Shown here in pieces: positions 51,266-63,147 of a stretch of 64,000 nt of DNA. The stretch is taken from contig NC_087251.1 of the NCBI RefSeq assembly GCF_037042905.1, positions 36,086,001 through 36,150,000 of the forward strand, read 5' to 3'. This DNA comes from Lytechinus pictus (taxonomy: Eukaryota). The translations under genes and the position numbers were made by a program. How positions within the stretch are numbered: the first letter of the stretch is position 1; the number at the start of each line of letters is the position of its first letter. Under the pieces are notes generated by a model, which was not told the origin of the DNA, ran no database searches, and saw only the letters and a list, made by a program, of their open reading frames with translations.

Positions 51266-51866
51266 AAAGTGGATTCCTGCTCAATCATGGTTCAGAGGTG
51301 TGGCTCATTCAAATTCCATATTTATACCCAATGCAGACTTACAGAGATTTACTAAATTTGAATAAAAAGCAATGTTTGAAAGAATGTAATTTTGAATGTA
51401 TTATTTTGAAATGAAAGTGTGAAAATGAATCTGAAGAGCTGAATTTTGTTTTAAATAATTTCACACTCTCTATAGAAGAGAATACTGACTAATAAACAAC
51501 TAATGCTATCTAATGATGATGCTTATGCAATAAGCAGTATTCAGAGAAGAAAAGAACAATTTTTTTTTATTTGTTTGAGTCCTGGTAATCTGAATACAAT
51601 TATTGTTGGCTTTAAAGAAGATTTTATGTTCAAATGTTGCATATTAAGACTAATATTTAATACCTAAATTTATCATAATTTTTTTAAAAATAATATATTA
51701 ATAAGATTTATCTTTTTCCCGTCTTCTTTTCTTGTCCTCCCTTTCTTCTGCTATTCATTATTTCTTTCTGTATTTACAATTCTTTCTCTCTTTACCTTCC
51801 TCCATCCTCCTCTCTCCCCATCCATCTCTTCTTCCTCTTCTCTTCTTTTCTTCTCTCTCTCTGTAG

Positions 51867-51995
51867 GATGAGCTCCAAACCACTACCAAGAACTATGAGA
51901 GTCAGCTGAGCATGATGAGCGAACACCTGTGCAGTATGAATGAGAAGCTAACCTCTCAGAAAGATGAGATAGATGCCCTCAAGCTTTCCATTAAG
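51867..51995 (+). CDS. PPP1R21: PPP1R21 penultimate coding exon (C-terminal coiled coil), phase 0/0
   Basis: Long CT tract plus TAG acceptor ending at 51866, and donor AAG|GTAAGA at 51995/51996. The 129 nt translate to DELQTTTKNYESQLSMMSEHLCSMNEKLTSQKDEIDALKLSIK. This closely matches the human PPP1R21 C-terminus as I recall it (DELTTTKRSYEDQLSMMSDHLCSMNETLSKQREEIDTLK). Confidence 0.93.
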
Positions 51996-52382
51996 GTAAG
52001 AGTAGCCTACGCTTTTCATGAAGACTTTTTAATAGTCGGTGATTTTCATAGACTTATGTTATAAGCTACTGGAAATACTTGGATCTGATTGGCTGGGCGA
52101 CTGGCTGATGATTGACAGCTGCATGCAAATTATGTCGATGATCTTCATTATAAAGATGACAGCGAATACAGCACTTAGAAAAATGTTCAACAGCGCCCTC
52201 ATCAATCTCAGGAGCGTATACCTGTAACAATTTAACAAGAAGTGTAATTTACAAATATCAATATGGGATCGACAAAGATCATACGGGGATGAAGATTATT
52301 TAGTACCCTTAAGTTCCAATCCTGTCTGAAGCCATGTCTTGCTTGGGAACAGCTTAGAGATAATTGCAATAGAATCTTGAGC

Positions 52383-52565
52383 AGGTAGGTGTTTCAAAAC
52401 GCTGTTCGTTAGTTAAGACTGACTTCACGAACGACTGGCGATCTTTTCTTAGCCGCTAAATCGACATCGATGAATATGCAGCGTATATCATTTACCACAA
52501 GAAAGGATCACCAGTCGTTCAAAGTCGCTTGTAACTTACAAACAGCTGCATGAAACACCCGCCTG
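52383..52565. mobile_element. Short palindromic MITE (same family as the 26833-27600 host)
   Basis: GGTGTTTCA...TGAAACACC, with shared ATATCATTTACCACAAGAAAGGATCACCAGTCGTTC. Confidence 0.8.
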
Positions 52566-53280
52566 GATACCTACTCTGGCTGGTGGAAGCTCACCCATAT
52601 GATTGCAATGGAAGGAAGGTGGGGGTATTAATTTGAAATGAAGGATTTAGAATAGATGAGAATATCGAGAAAGCTATGAATACAAAATGGATCCAGTAAT
52701 CCTGGGATTATTAAAGAGTTTTAAAAGAATAAACCAGAGTAATGAGAGTTTGAAGCAAACTTCACCCAGTTTTTTTTTGTTTGGGGGGGGGGATGTTTTT
52801 TGTCTCTTGTACACATCTAATCTGAATGTTCTTGTTGCGTAACTTGCAAAATTAACTTCAATTTACGAAATGCTTGAATACATTTTTGTTCATCTTCAGA
52901 TTATAAAATTTTGTGTTGTTTCTCTCCCCAGGCATTTCCTGTAAATTGAGAAGAAAAAAAGAATTAGGGAACAACAATTTTGCATTGAAAACTTAAAGTC
53001 AAAATCTATTAAACATGTTAACAATGTAATTGAAGGAGTGATTTCATAAAATAAAATCTTTGATAATATTGTAATGACATAAAGGTAACTTTGCGTAAGC
53101 AGAATATTTTTGGATTGCAGCCGAAATCTGTTCGGCTTTGGATAAATTCACCTTATTAATTTATGTGTATTTTTATTGATATATTTACAGTTTCTGAACT
53201 GTTAAACTTTTCAATAACTTATTTCGACAATATCTGCTTTACCCTTTATTGATTTTGGTTCTCCCTTTTTCCTCCAACAG

Positions 53281-53310
53281 CAACAAGGCAAGAAAGGGAG
53301 GGGAAAGTGA
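53281..53310 (+). CDS. PPP1R21: PPP1R21 terminal coding exon (QQGKKGRGK*)
   Basis: Acceptor CTCCCTTTTTCCTCCAACAG ends at 53280. Phase 0 continuation gives a 9-aa basic tail and TGA at 53308-53310, like the short basic last exon of the human protein (GNSKKNKSR*, from memory). Confidence 0.82.
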   Translation, partial: QQGKKGRGK

Positions 53311-56300
53311 ACACACACACGCCAACCATCAAGGTACAAAAAATCATGGAACTTCATTCTTCAAAAAGTGTTTCATCACTGGATATATATTTTTTCTTTT
53401 GTTTCCCAGAGGAAATCATGAGAAAGCATGTAAACGAGGCAGGACCTTGGAATTACCAAAAAACACATTTCACCTGCTTATGAATTGCTCTTAATTATGT
53501 AAAGGTATAATAATGACCAAATCATTCTTCTAATGCGTCCATGATCAAACTCTGTTTGCTATGTAACCTATCTAAATTCAAGGAGAAATATCGTAAAGTT
53601 TTATTTGTTTGAAATTAATATATAAAACAATAGACTTCGTGTATTTCCAAAGTGGTAAAGTACTCCCAATTGCTACTGTGAAATTTAAGCCATGCCTTAT
53701 TAAAGTAAGTGTATTCTAAACCTTTTACTTTAGAAAGTTGTTCATTTTCTAAATCTTGTGACAAATGTGTAGGCTAGCCTTAATTGTAAGTAAATATTTT
53801 TAACTATGTGGGTGTGCAAGGTATAGTTTCTTCAAAACATAAGAAATATGCAACATATGGTACAATTTAGCTGCTTTTTGACAAAATGGAGCTAATTTGG
53901 CATAAACAGAATTTCACAAATTTCCTGCTACAAAGAAGATTCCTGTGTTTTCCCAGGTTATGAATTAACTTCTTGGTTTTCATTGAGGGTTATATTTAGT
54001 TTTGATTTAATTTTGATTCATATGTTGACCTTCACATATCGGTAACTTACACTTGACTTAATCAATACTCGGAGCACATTCCATCATTAGAACGCTGCAA
54101 ATTTTGTAGGAGATGCTGGGCTATCAAGTCTTTAATACGAGCCGCCTCCGATTTCTCATTACAAGTATTGGATGTGTTTCTGAGTAAAAATGAAACTATA
54201 CTTTAAATGTTTTCAGCGGAAGTTCTCCCTGATGATTTTGTTTTAGTAAAAGCATAGAAATTAGAGAAATATCTTGGTGTATGTTTGATGAAAATCCCTG
54301 AAAGGTTAGCAAGTTTAACTTTTGAAGTTTGATTTTGCAATGTGAGACGAGCAGCTCCTCCCTATGTGGTGTGTTATGAATTTTCTTTTTAAAAAATTTG
54401 AAAGTAATTTTATTCGTGGGGTGGATATATCATTAGACAAGTCATTTTATACCTCTTCTATAAGAAAAAAATATTTGTATACCGGTATATCATGTTCCAT
54501 AAAAAAAAGGTAATTTGGGGAATTTATTTTTCATGATATATGGGGGAGCTGCTCCCACATGACGTCAGAAATTTTGTAAATACATAACTCTCTTATTCTT
54601 TGATTGGTTTTCATCAAATCTTTACCAATACATTTCTCTATTCTACTTTTATTAAAACCAATTTACCATCGGGGTGAACATCCCCTTTAGTATTATGCTG
54701 CAACATATAGTTTCAACATGTAGCTGCTTTCACAAACCTAATTACATACCAAGTGCATCAGACATAATGTTAAATAAAAAAAAATCATCAATTTAATTGG
54801 AAAAGATGCCATGAACATCAAACTTGTATCCTGAAAATTAATTTCTCCCAAGTAATCTGATAACACTTGGAAGTATAGAGAAACAAATCGATTACAAAGA
54901 CAACAAGAACATTCATCTTTTTATAACAAAAAAGGATATTCATCTTGACTTTGAAAGTTTGGCTTTTTTTTCTATCAGACTTGTCATTTCAACAATGTCC
55001 TTGATTTATGATTGCCATTAAGATAAATGAAATATTTTTTAAGGAGGATCCAAAGTTTAGCTAATAATTTACCCTATCCTGCATAGTTCAATCAACTCAT
55101 ACATTTTTATCAGTTATTTCATTCTTTTCTGTATATGTTGGGTTTTTTTTATGAAGTAGTAGTTCGTTTTTATTACAATTTACATGTTTACAAAGAAAAT
55201 TGCATATTTTTTTTGTTGCTATTATAATTGTTCCTTAAATCTTGAGAACATATTAGCTGTTCCTTTGCATATTTGATTTGAATTTTGTATGCATTTTATA
55301 TCATAATTTTTATTTCAAGCAATAATATATTTTTTTGTTTTCAGTACTTTGCTATTTGCCATTTGTGTATTTAGCCACAGTAAGGAATTGATTTTGGATG
55401 TTACCAAAATGGTTCAAGTTGACTTGATTAGAAACATGTATAACTCTTTGGTAATAATCTTTTTGGTATCCTTTTATGATTACGGAATCAAGAGAACAAT
55501 TCTTGCCAAAATTATCTTTCTCATAACAAATAATATATATATCTTATCTCTTTTGGTAGTCACTGTATTGTATATCTATCTATTGCATTTTGAATATAGA
55601 TCAAACAGCATGTATCATTTTTGGGGGATCTGAATAATCTTTGCAATAGATTTGTCACCTGGCGGGCATTAGGATTTTCATGTACCTCAGTTTCCGTTCC
55701 CGTTGGTCAGGGCAGAAGAGTGTTAACTCTCACACTCGCCTAAAATTTTACATTTGCACACAATTACGTTAACGCCTTTATGCCAGTCGTGCAAGCGCAT
55801 TCTACCACCCTCCTGCCAGCCAGGAAAAGAATTATGTACAGGTGCCGCGGAGTGGATTTGAAAGTAGGGGGGCCTGACCATGCAAGAAGTTACAATCAAA
55901 TGTTGATTATTATGTCTTTGTACACGTTTATTGTAAAAATGGGGGGCTGATCTGAAGCACCCCCCCCCCATTCTGTGGCTTCTGATCTAAACTGAAAAAA
56001 GTGTGCCCAATATGAGTCATTTTATGTCCATTTTACTCTACGATGTCATATGTTCATCATCAAGTTATGTTCTTGTATTATTCTTCAGTGCATACCTGTC
56101 CCATAATAAGTCAGAATATTAAAATATGATGACCTCTACAGGCGATGCTATCGGTTAATATTTGATTGAAACATAGGAACATATCATCATAACTATATCA
56201 TATTTTGGACAAGACAGAAAGCTACAATTATTTCTTTAAATGCATAGTATTAACTGAGTATATATTATAAAAAGGAGGGTAACATGTATTGATAATCATT

Positions 56301-56730
56301 TTTCCTTTCATGTTTCTTCTCCCTCTCTACCTATATGTCTGTCATCTTCTGTCTCCAAAGTTTTCTTATTACTGCTTTACAATTTTAACATTTGTGAGTT
56401 TCAGAAGTATTTAGTTTTTAATTTAGTGATTCTAACTTGATTTTTAATACTATTATTATGGTGGATACCGATAATGGGGAAAGTTCTTGTCATTTTTTTG
56501 TTTAATTCCTTTCATATATACAAATATTTTATTTTTACAACAATAATGCCAGTGAAGAATTATTGCTATAAAAAGGCTAGACTCCCTTAGATAGGCATCC
56601 AATTATGTAAATAGGATTAACTGTAGATTGTGAATTATAACAGTAATATCAGGTGATACAACCAGAGCATTGTAATTATGGAGCTCAATATGTATAAATA
56701 AAAAATGAATTATCATTATTGACAAAAAAA
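53311..56730 (+). other. PPP1R21: Probable PPP1R21 3' UTR (end uncertain)
   Basis: AT-rich sequence after the stop. AATAAA occurs at 54773 and 56697, the latter followed by a GT/T-rich tract near 56733-56757. The end point is inferred. Confidence 0.4.
54205..54690. mobile_element. Old degenerate Kolobok-like MITE in the putative 3' UTR
   Basis: Right end GGGGTGAACATCCCCT|TTAG. Inner inverted GAGCAGCTCC / GGAGCTGCTC and TTTGATGAAAA / TTTTCATCAAA. Confidence 0.5.
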
Positions 56731-56804
56731 AATGTTTTGTTATGACTTTGTTGTTTATTCTTGAATCTAAATTTTCACTTAGATGTAGTCTCTTTTCTGA
56801 GTTG

Positions 56805-57095
56805 AAAGAGAGAAAAAAAGGAATGAGGGTGGGAAAAGAGGGAGAGGGGAAAAAATGAGAGAAGGGGGAGGAAAGGGGGATGATGGAAAAAGGGGTAGAG
56901 GTGTAGGGAGAAGGGGATAAAAAGAGGGAAAGGAGGGGAGGGGAGATGAGTGGAGGAGGAAGAAGAAGGGAGGAGAAGAGGGAAACGGGAGGAGACAGAG
57001 AGGGAGAAGGAAGGAGAGGGTAAAGAATGAGGAGGAGGGGAGTGATGGAGGAAGGGGGTGAGGAGATGAGAGATGGAGGGAGGGAGAGGGGGAAG
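56805..57095. repeat. GA-rich polypurine tract
   Basis: Almost exclusively G and A. Confidence 0.9.
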
Positions 57096-59329
57096 ATTTT
57101 GATGAAGTGTTAGTCAAAAATTAGCATTACATATTAATGGGTGAAAATCTAGTAGCATAATTGGTTACAAAGATATTTTTGCAACATTTGGGTTCATCGT
57201 GAAACAGAAGTTATCAATTCAGGGGTCTATTACAGAGAGAGTTGATTTCCAACCAATTAAAAGCAAGCATAAGGTACTGGCGCTTGATATTTTGAATCGC
57301 AATCAAACCGCAACTCATTCTACATTGGACCCCTTACACTGAGGATCATGACAATTCATTATTTTCTGTTTGAAAAGAATCATAGAAATGAGATCACATA
57401 TCAGTGAAAGATTACATGACTAGAATCTATTTTTTTTTTAAATAGTGATCAGTGAAACGCAAAATACAACTCAAATTTAATCATACACAATGGCCACCAT
57501 TTTTAGAGCAAAAAAATAATAATTCACCCCCCCCCCCCCCCAATCATGCTACATACTACTGAATACTGTGTACATTCATTGCCTGGGAGAGGTATGTTTT
57601 AGCAACAATTAGAAAATATATAAAAATATTGAATTTCACAGACAGGTTGAATGGAATTTGAGGTAGCATGACTAATTAAAACTGAAGTTAATAACTTTAT
57701 TTTTATTCACAAAATGATTTTCCCCATTTCTATCTAAAATTACCCTCATAATGCTGTCTTGTGCTGGCGCTGTTTGAAATTCAAGTATTGCTGCATTGAG
57801 TGTTGCAGGTAGTTGTAGTTGAATTTTTTATTTAGAAATAAAATTGAGATGAGCTGAAAGTAAAATGAAGGGGTAAAGAGAGAGATGCTTAGAAAAGTGT
57901 GTAAGGGGTGGGATGGGGGCCATGATCCTGCATGCAGAGTGCTAGAAGGACCTAAAAGGGAAAGAGACAAATTTGGTTGGTAGAAATCAAAGGAAAGAGA
58001 TAGGAAAATTGAAAGCTTGATATTAGGACTGTAATCCCATTTCATAGTAAGTGATCCTCATTAGGAAAGGGTCCATAAAAAAATGATATAGAATAGAATA
58101 ATAGAAAATAAAGTAAAATTAACAAAAATCAGACAATAGATACAAATTCATATGTTTTTAATTATGGAGAACTAAACATGGTTTATTTTCTCCACAATCC
58201 AAGAAAAATATTGGGTAATGGATGGGTACAAGCAGATGCAGATCCAGGGGCAAATTAACCCACCTTTTTTCTGATTGTCAACATTCTTTGGACAGGAAAT
58301 ATTGTTTACCATGGGTGAACATTGTTTCTCTCCCCCCCTCCCCTTCTCTCTCTCTCTCTCTCTTTTTTTTTTTGGGGGGGGGCTTGGTTATCAAACAAAT
58401 TAAGGAGGAAAAACTGCTCACCCTCCTGGTTCGAGCAGGATCTACTGCTGGGTTAATAAACAGAATATTCAAGCAGAGAAGGAGTATATGAAATAACAAA
58501 AAGGGGTCACAAGATGGCGCTATTCCACAAATACAAACAGATCAATTGAAGGAGAGAAGGGAACTCGTTTTTTTAAAATGCACATTCCCTGATTCAATTG
58601 AGAAAACAAATTATGGGGATTTGAGATAAATCATGATCTGCTGTGAATAATGACCTTTCAGATACTAACTTTAAATCATAATTCATATATGACTGTTTAT
58701 TTTTAAATCTAATTAAGAGATTGACTGGTCAAAAATCGTAGCTGATCTAGATTCCAAGTGAATCTGCATAATTTCATGTGAACTCGAACTTAAAAAGTTC
58801 CCTCGTTAAGAATATTTTTGCCCAACTATGCATATTAATATGTTTTAAACAAACTTTTTCACCAGAACAATCATTAAAATAAAATTGTTAGATAGTTATT
58901 AAAAAGAAATGATGGTTAAATTAAGAGAGTTCTTACTCTTTGATACACTTAACTGATATATTACTAGGCTGTTAATATGTTATGTTTATTCATTCAAAGA
59001 AATTACCTCTGATGTTAAAATTAAGCAGTTCGCTAACAAGTATTAGAAGTATTATAAAACAGTGGCATATAATATTACGCCTAGATGACAGGGGTGGATA
59101 AATTTTCAGGTGGGAACCATGCTGTGTAAGTTTAAAAAAAAGAAAGAAAATGTCCACTTATATATCTATAATTGTTATCATAATCATTATTATCATTATT
59201 ATTTTAAACTATACAATAAAACGTCTTTTTTCTCTCTCTTTTTTTCTCACTTGCTCACACTTTTAAACAAAAAAAGGCTGGGGAGGGGGAGCTAAAAGGG
59301 ACCATAACAGAGGGCGTTTTATTATTCTG

Positions 59330-60150
59330 AATCAACGCACCGTGGATACAAATCCTGACTGAATCACATTTACATTCCAGCCCCGGATTCCAGCTTTTCT
59401 GTTTTTACATTTAGTTTAGTCTGTCAGATGTCAAAACTTTTTCACCGGTCAAACTCAGTTTAAAGATGCCCTTTTATGCTATCAAGAAGATGTGCACCAG
59501 GATCAAGTGTATTCATTGTTATGGTTTCAAAAGGGAGATACAGCCGCTCTTTCCAGGCAGGACGTTTAGCAGAGAAGAAGTGCGCCTCTTCGCCGAACTC
59601 TGGCGACCCGAATCCTCTGCATACCGCTGCCGATGGGATTAGTGGCTGATACTGGGTGTTGATGCGTTGGTGAAGTGAGGTCCGTTGTAAGTCCATCTAT
59701 CTGCCTGTCTCTCTATCTATCTGTCTATCTCTCTATTTTCTACCTATCTTATATTCTATCTGTTTGAATTAACCTAAGGAGCTTCGCGGGCCGGATAGCC
59801 AGGCGGCTCTAGAGAGTAAAAATCATTTACTAACGTAAGGTTACCGTACTCTCATACGAAGCCAGGCCTTCTATCTCATAGACCCACACAAAGGAAGCCA
59901 AAACCTGAAACTTTCACCCCCGAGATTTCTACTTTCCTTCTAAAAGATCTAGCTCTAAATCATGTACATGAGATAAAACTTCATTTCTGACATTTGTATA
60001 TACGCTCTCGTTGTTATTTTTAAAACAGGAATTCATCAAAAAAATGAAAAGATATTGTGAAAAGACGGAAGAGACTAGCCCGATGTTTACGCCGCCATCT
60101 TGTTTCAGATTGTACTTCCCCAACGTTACGGACGCGAGCGTTACCCCAAT
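59330..60150. promoter_or_regulatory. Candidate promoter / first-exon region
   Basis: Unique, locally CpG-enriched sequence with a YY1 consensus GCCGCCATCTTG at 60091-60102 and donor-like sites on both strands. Direction is unresolved. Confidence 0.35.
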
Positions 60151-60644
60151 TTTTCTCGATAAGAAGAAAATGCTATGCTTTGGAGCGGCTTTCTGTGTTC
60201 TTTTTCTCAATAAGACAAAAATGCTATGCCTTGGAACGGAAATTTGAGTGTAAAAATGGGGGTCCCCTCCGCGGCACATACCCACTATGCATTATATACT
60301 GAGTGCCCCCCCCCCCCCCGGGGGTACTCGACCAAAAAATTGGTAGGTGTGTGCCGCGGGCGAGACAAAAACCGGGGGCCTTGGAGCGGACGCAGACTTA
60401 TTGTAAAGAGGAGGGTCCTCGGGACGGGCTTTGGAACTACAAATGTTTGTGAATACGGGGGTCCTTGGAACGGGTCGCTTGCGTGTGCATCCATATGGAA
60501 CGGGCCATGGGCATACGTGTATGCAGCTAGCCCAGCGACACGGGCGCCGGGTGCGCTCGTGCAGAGGCGATGGTCGGACAGCGCTCAGCGACCGCTTTTC
60601 ACCAAAATTTCAGCTCATTGTGGCGGATCGATGCGACCGAAACA

Positions 60645-61600
60645 TACTTTCCTTCATACTTTTTTTCCTTCTTTCTATCATTTTACCTTTTCTTTATTTC
60701 TTCCTTAATTCCTTTCTTCCCTCTTTCAATCCTTCCTTCCTTTCCTTCATTCTGTGTTACTTTCTTTGTTTCTTTCTTCCTTCCATCCATCCTTTCTTTA
60801 CCCTTTCTTGTTTTTTATTTCTTCCTTCTTTCAGCCCTTTCTCTCTTTCTTTCATTCATTCCTTCCTTCTTTCTGTCTTTTTTTTCTTTTTCCCTTCGTT
60901 CCATCTATCCTTATACCTTTTCTTTCTTTCTTTTTTTTACTGCTTGCTTCCTTTCTTTTCTTTCTTCTTTCGTTCTTTCTTTCCTTCATTCCTTCCTTTC
61001 TTTGTCTTTCGGTCTTTCTTTTTTTCTTCCTTTCATCTATTCTTTTACCTTTTCTTTCTTTTTTATATTGCTTGCTTGCTTCCTTTCCTTCCTTCCTTAT
61101 TCTTTTCCTTCATTCTTTTTTCCTTCTTTCTATCATTTTACCTTTTCTATATTTCTTCCTTAATTCCTTTCTTCACTCTTTCAATCCTTTCTTCCTTTCT
61201 TTCTTTCTTCCCTGTCTGTCTTTCTTTCTTTTTTCATTCCATCTCTCCTTTTACCCTTTCTTTCTTTCTTTTTATTGCTTCTTTCCTTCTTTCTTTTACT
61301 TCCTGTCTTTTGTTCTTTCTTTCTTTCTTTATTGCTTGCTTCATTTCTTTCCTTCTTTCTTTCTTTCTTTTCTTAATTTCTTTATTTCTTTTGTTCTTTC
61401 TTTCTTATTTTTGTTCTTTCTTATTTTTGTTCTTTCTTTCTTATTTTTGTTCTTTCTTTCCTTCCTTCTTTCTTTCTTTAGTTCTTTTTTTTTTTTCCTT
61501 CCTTAACATGTAGCCTTTCTTTACCTTTTCTTTTTCCTTCCTTTCTTCCTTCCTTTCTTTCTTTCTGTTTGTCTTTCATTCATTCATTCCTTCATTTTTT
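60645..61600. repeat. ~950-bp CT-rich (TTTC/TTCC) low-complexity tract
   Basis: Nearly pure pyrimidine on +, with an internal duplication (about 60648-60745 vs 61106-61200). It produces the spurious F/L/S ORFs. Confidence 0.92.
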
Positions 61601-62042
61601 TGGGGGGTAACAAGAAAGGACAGCAAAATAAACTCTCGCCTTTTTTTAATGTTTTCTTTATTTTTTTGGGACCAGTAAAAAATTGAAAAACTGGCTATCT
61701 ACTGGTCCGACATGAATAGGTTGGACCAGTAGAAAAAAGGGTTAGTGTGGAGCCCTGAGTCCTTGACTTTTCATCAATAAAGGGTCTCATTAAACATGCT
61801 CAAAATTTGGGGTTTTTTTTAGTGCTCTGGTGAATAAAAAACAATAATCCTGAAGATTAAAATGAAAAACAGATCATACATGTACAGGGTTGGGCTCAAT
61901 TACTTTCTTCAATTATAATTACACATTTTGCAATTAGGTAATTGAAGAAATGTTCAGTTACAATTCCTTTTCAATTAAACCAAAAAAAAATCAATTACAA
62001 TAACCAATTACTTTTGTCAATTACTTTCTATAAGTCATAAAT

Positions 62043-62211
62043 CAGAGGCCCATGTCATAAAGAACTTGCAACTGTTGTAACTTTTCCAAAATAGCAACTA
62101 CCATGGTAACATAAACAGGGCTCAGCAGCCAATCATAATCAAGGTTGCCATGGTAGTTGTCATAATGGCAAAGGAACAACAGTTGCAAGTCTTTTATGAA
62201 ACGGGCCCCTG
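62043..62211. mobile_element. Nested short palindromic MITE
   Basis: AT|CAGAGGCCCATGTCATAAAG...CTTTTATGAAACGGGCCCCTG|AT, with inner ACTTGCAACTGTTGT / ACAACAGTTGCAAGT. Confidence 0.8.
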
Positions 62212-62466
62212 ATCAATGTATATTTTGTATGTAGCGCCACCCATTTTGTGCACTTCTTTACAGCAATAGTCTCTCCTCTTTCCTCCCTATCATGGGAAAG
62301 GATGTACAGTTTTATGCAAGGGAGCACTATATAGCTAAGGGAAAAGAGAAATAAGCAATCCAGTGTAAATTGAATAATGAATTAAGTAATGAAGTAATAT
62401 AATTAAAAGTAATTGACAGTAATTTAAGTCAATTACAAGTTTTCAATTACAATTACTTTCCCTTTA

Positions 62467-62929
62467 TGGCAAGTTCCCCCAAGTCTGCGCAGTCCCTCTT
62501 GTCTGCGTACGCGAGTATCTGCGCGATTCTAGTAAAAGAAGATACGCAACGAACACAAACTTTACACATGCAACACATAAACAGATATTCGTTTAAAAAT
62601 CTGACTCAAAATGGTGGAAAAATAATAAATTTTTGGCATTTCATGTGACAGTCTCAAAATGCAGCCTTTCTCATCAAAATATTCGAATCGTGTGCAAAGT
62701 GAATGGGTGTGCAGACATGGGGTACCATTTTTTTTTCAATCTGAGAATGACTGCCCGAGGTTTTTTCCAAGAAAATCCTAGATTTCTTTCAAATTTTTAT
62801 GAGATTATCGGTTTACTTACTCATAATAATATAAGGAACATTATTAACTGAAAGATTTTGTGAAATAAAAAATAAATTCATGTTAAATCTTAACTCAAAT
62901 CGTTAGGTGCGCAGACTTGGGGACCACCA
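62467..62929. mobile_element. Nested MITE
   Basis: TIR CCCCAAGTCTGCGCA / TGCGCAGACTTGGGG. Confidence 0.75.
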
Positions 62930-63147
62930 TCATAAAAATTTCAATTACAAATTACAACTACAACTACTCTAAAAAATGTAATCAATTACGTAATTGATCA
63001 ATTACTTTGTAATTGATCCCAACCCTGTACATATGAATGAATGGTATATTTTTGTTATAGAAGTGTTCATACTTTCTTGAGTGTATGTTGAACTTGTATA
63101 AGCCTGAACAGGGTGGCTGCAGACTGCAATTGGTTTAAGTCTAATTA

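Larger units (their letters stand above)
1..51866 (+). other. PPP1R21: Very large PPP1R21 intron (5' end outside the window)
   Basis: The exon at 51867 is internal. A manual scan found no exon resembling the preceding PPP1R21 segment (CRALSKRL...RLQ-like). Confidence 0.65.
61885..63027. mobile_element. hAT-like MITE with CAATTAC repeats, hosting two other MITEs
   Basis: CAGGGTTGGGCTCAATTAC / GTAATTGATCCCAACCCTG, with imperfect 8-bp flanks TACATGTA / TACATATG. Confidence 0.8.

Noticed and set aside
56779..57117. Pro/Ser/Phe-rich 112-aa ORF
   Set aside because: Reverse strand of a GA-rich low-complexity tract.
60431..61513. Longest ORFs (360, 250 and 197 aa) rich in F/L/S
   Set aside because: Artefacts of a pyrimidine tract that lacks stop codons; open in all three frames.
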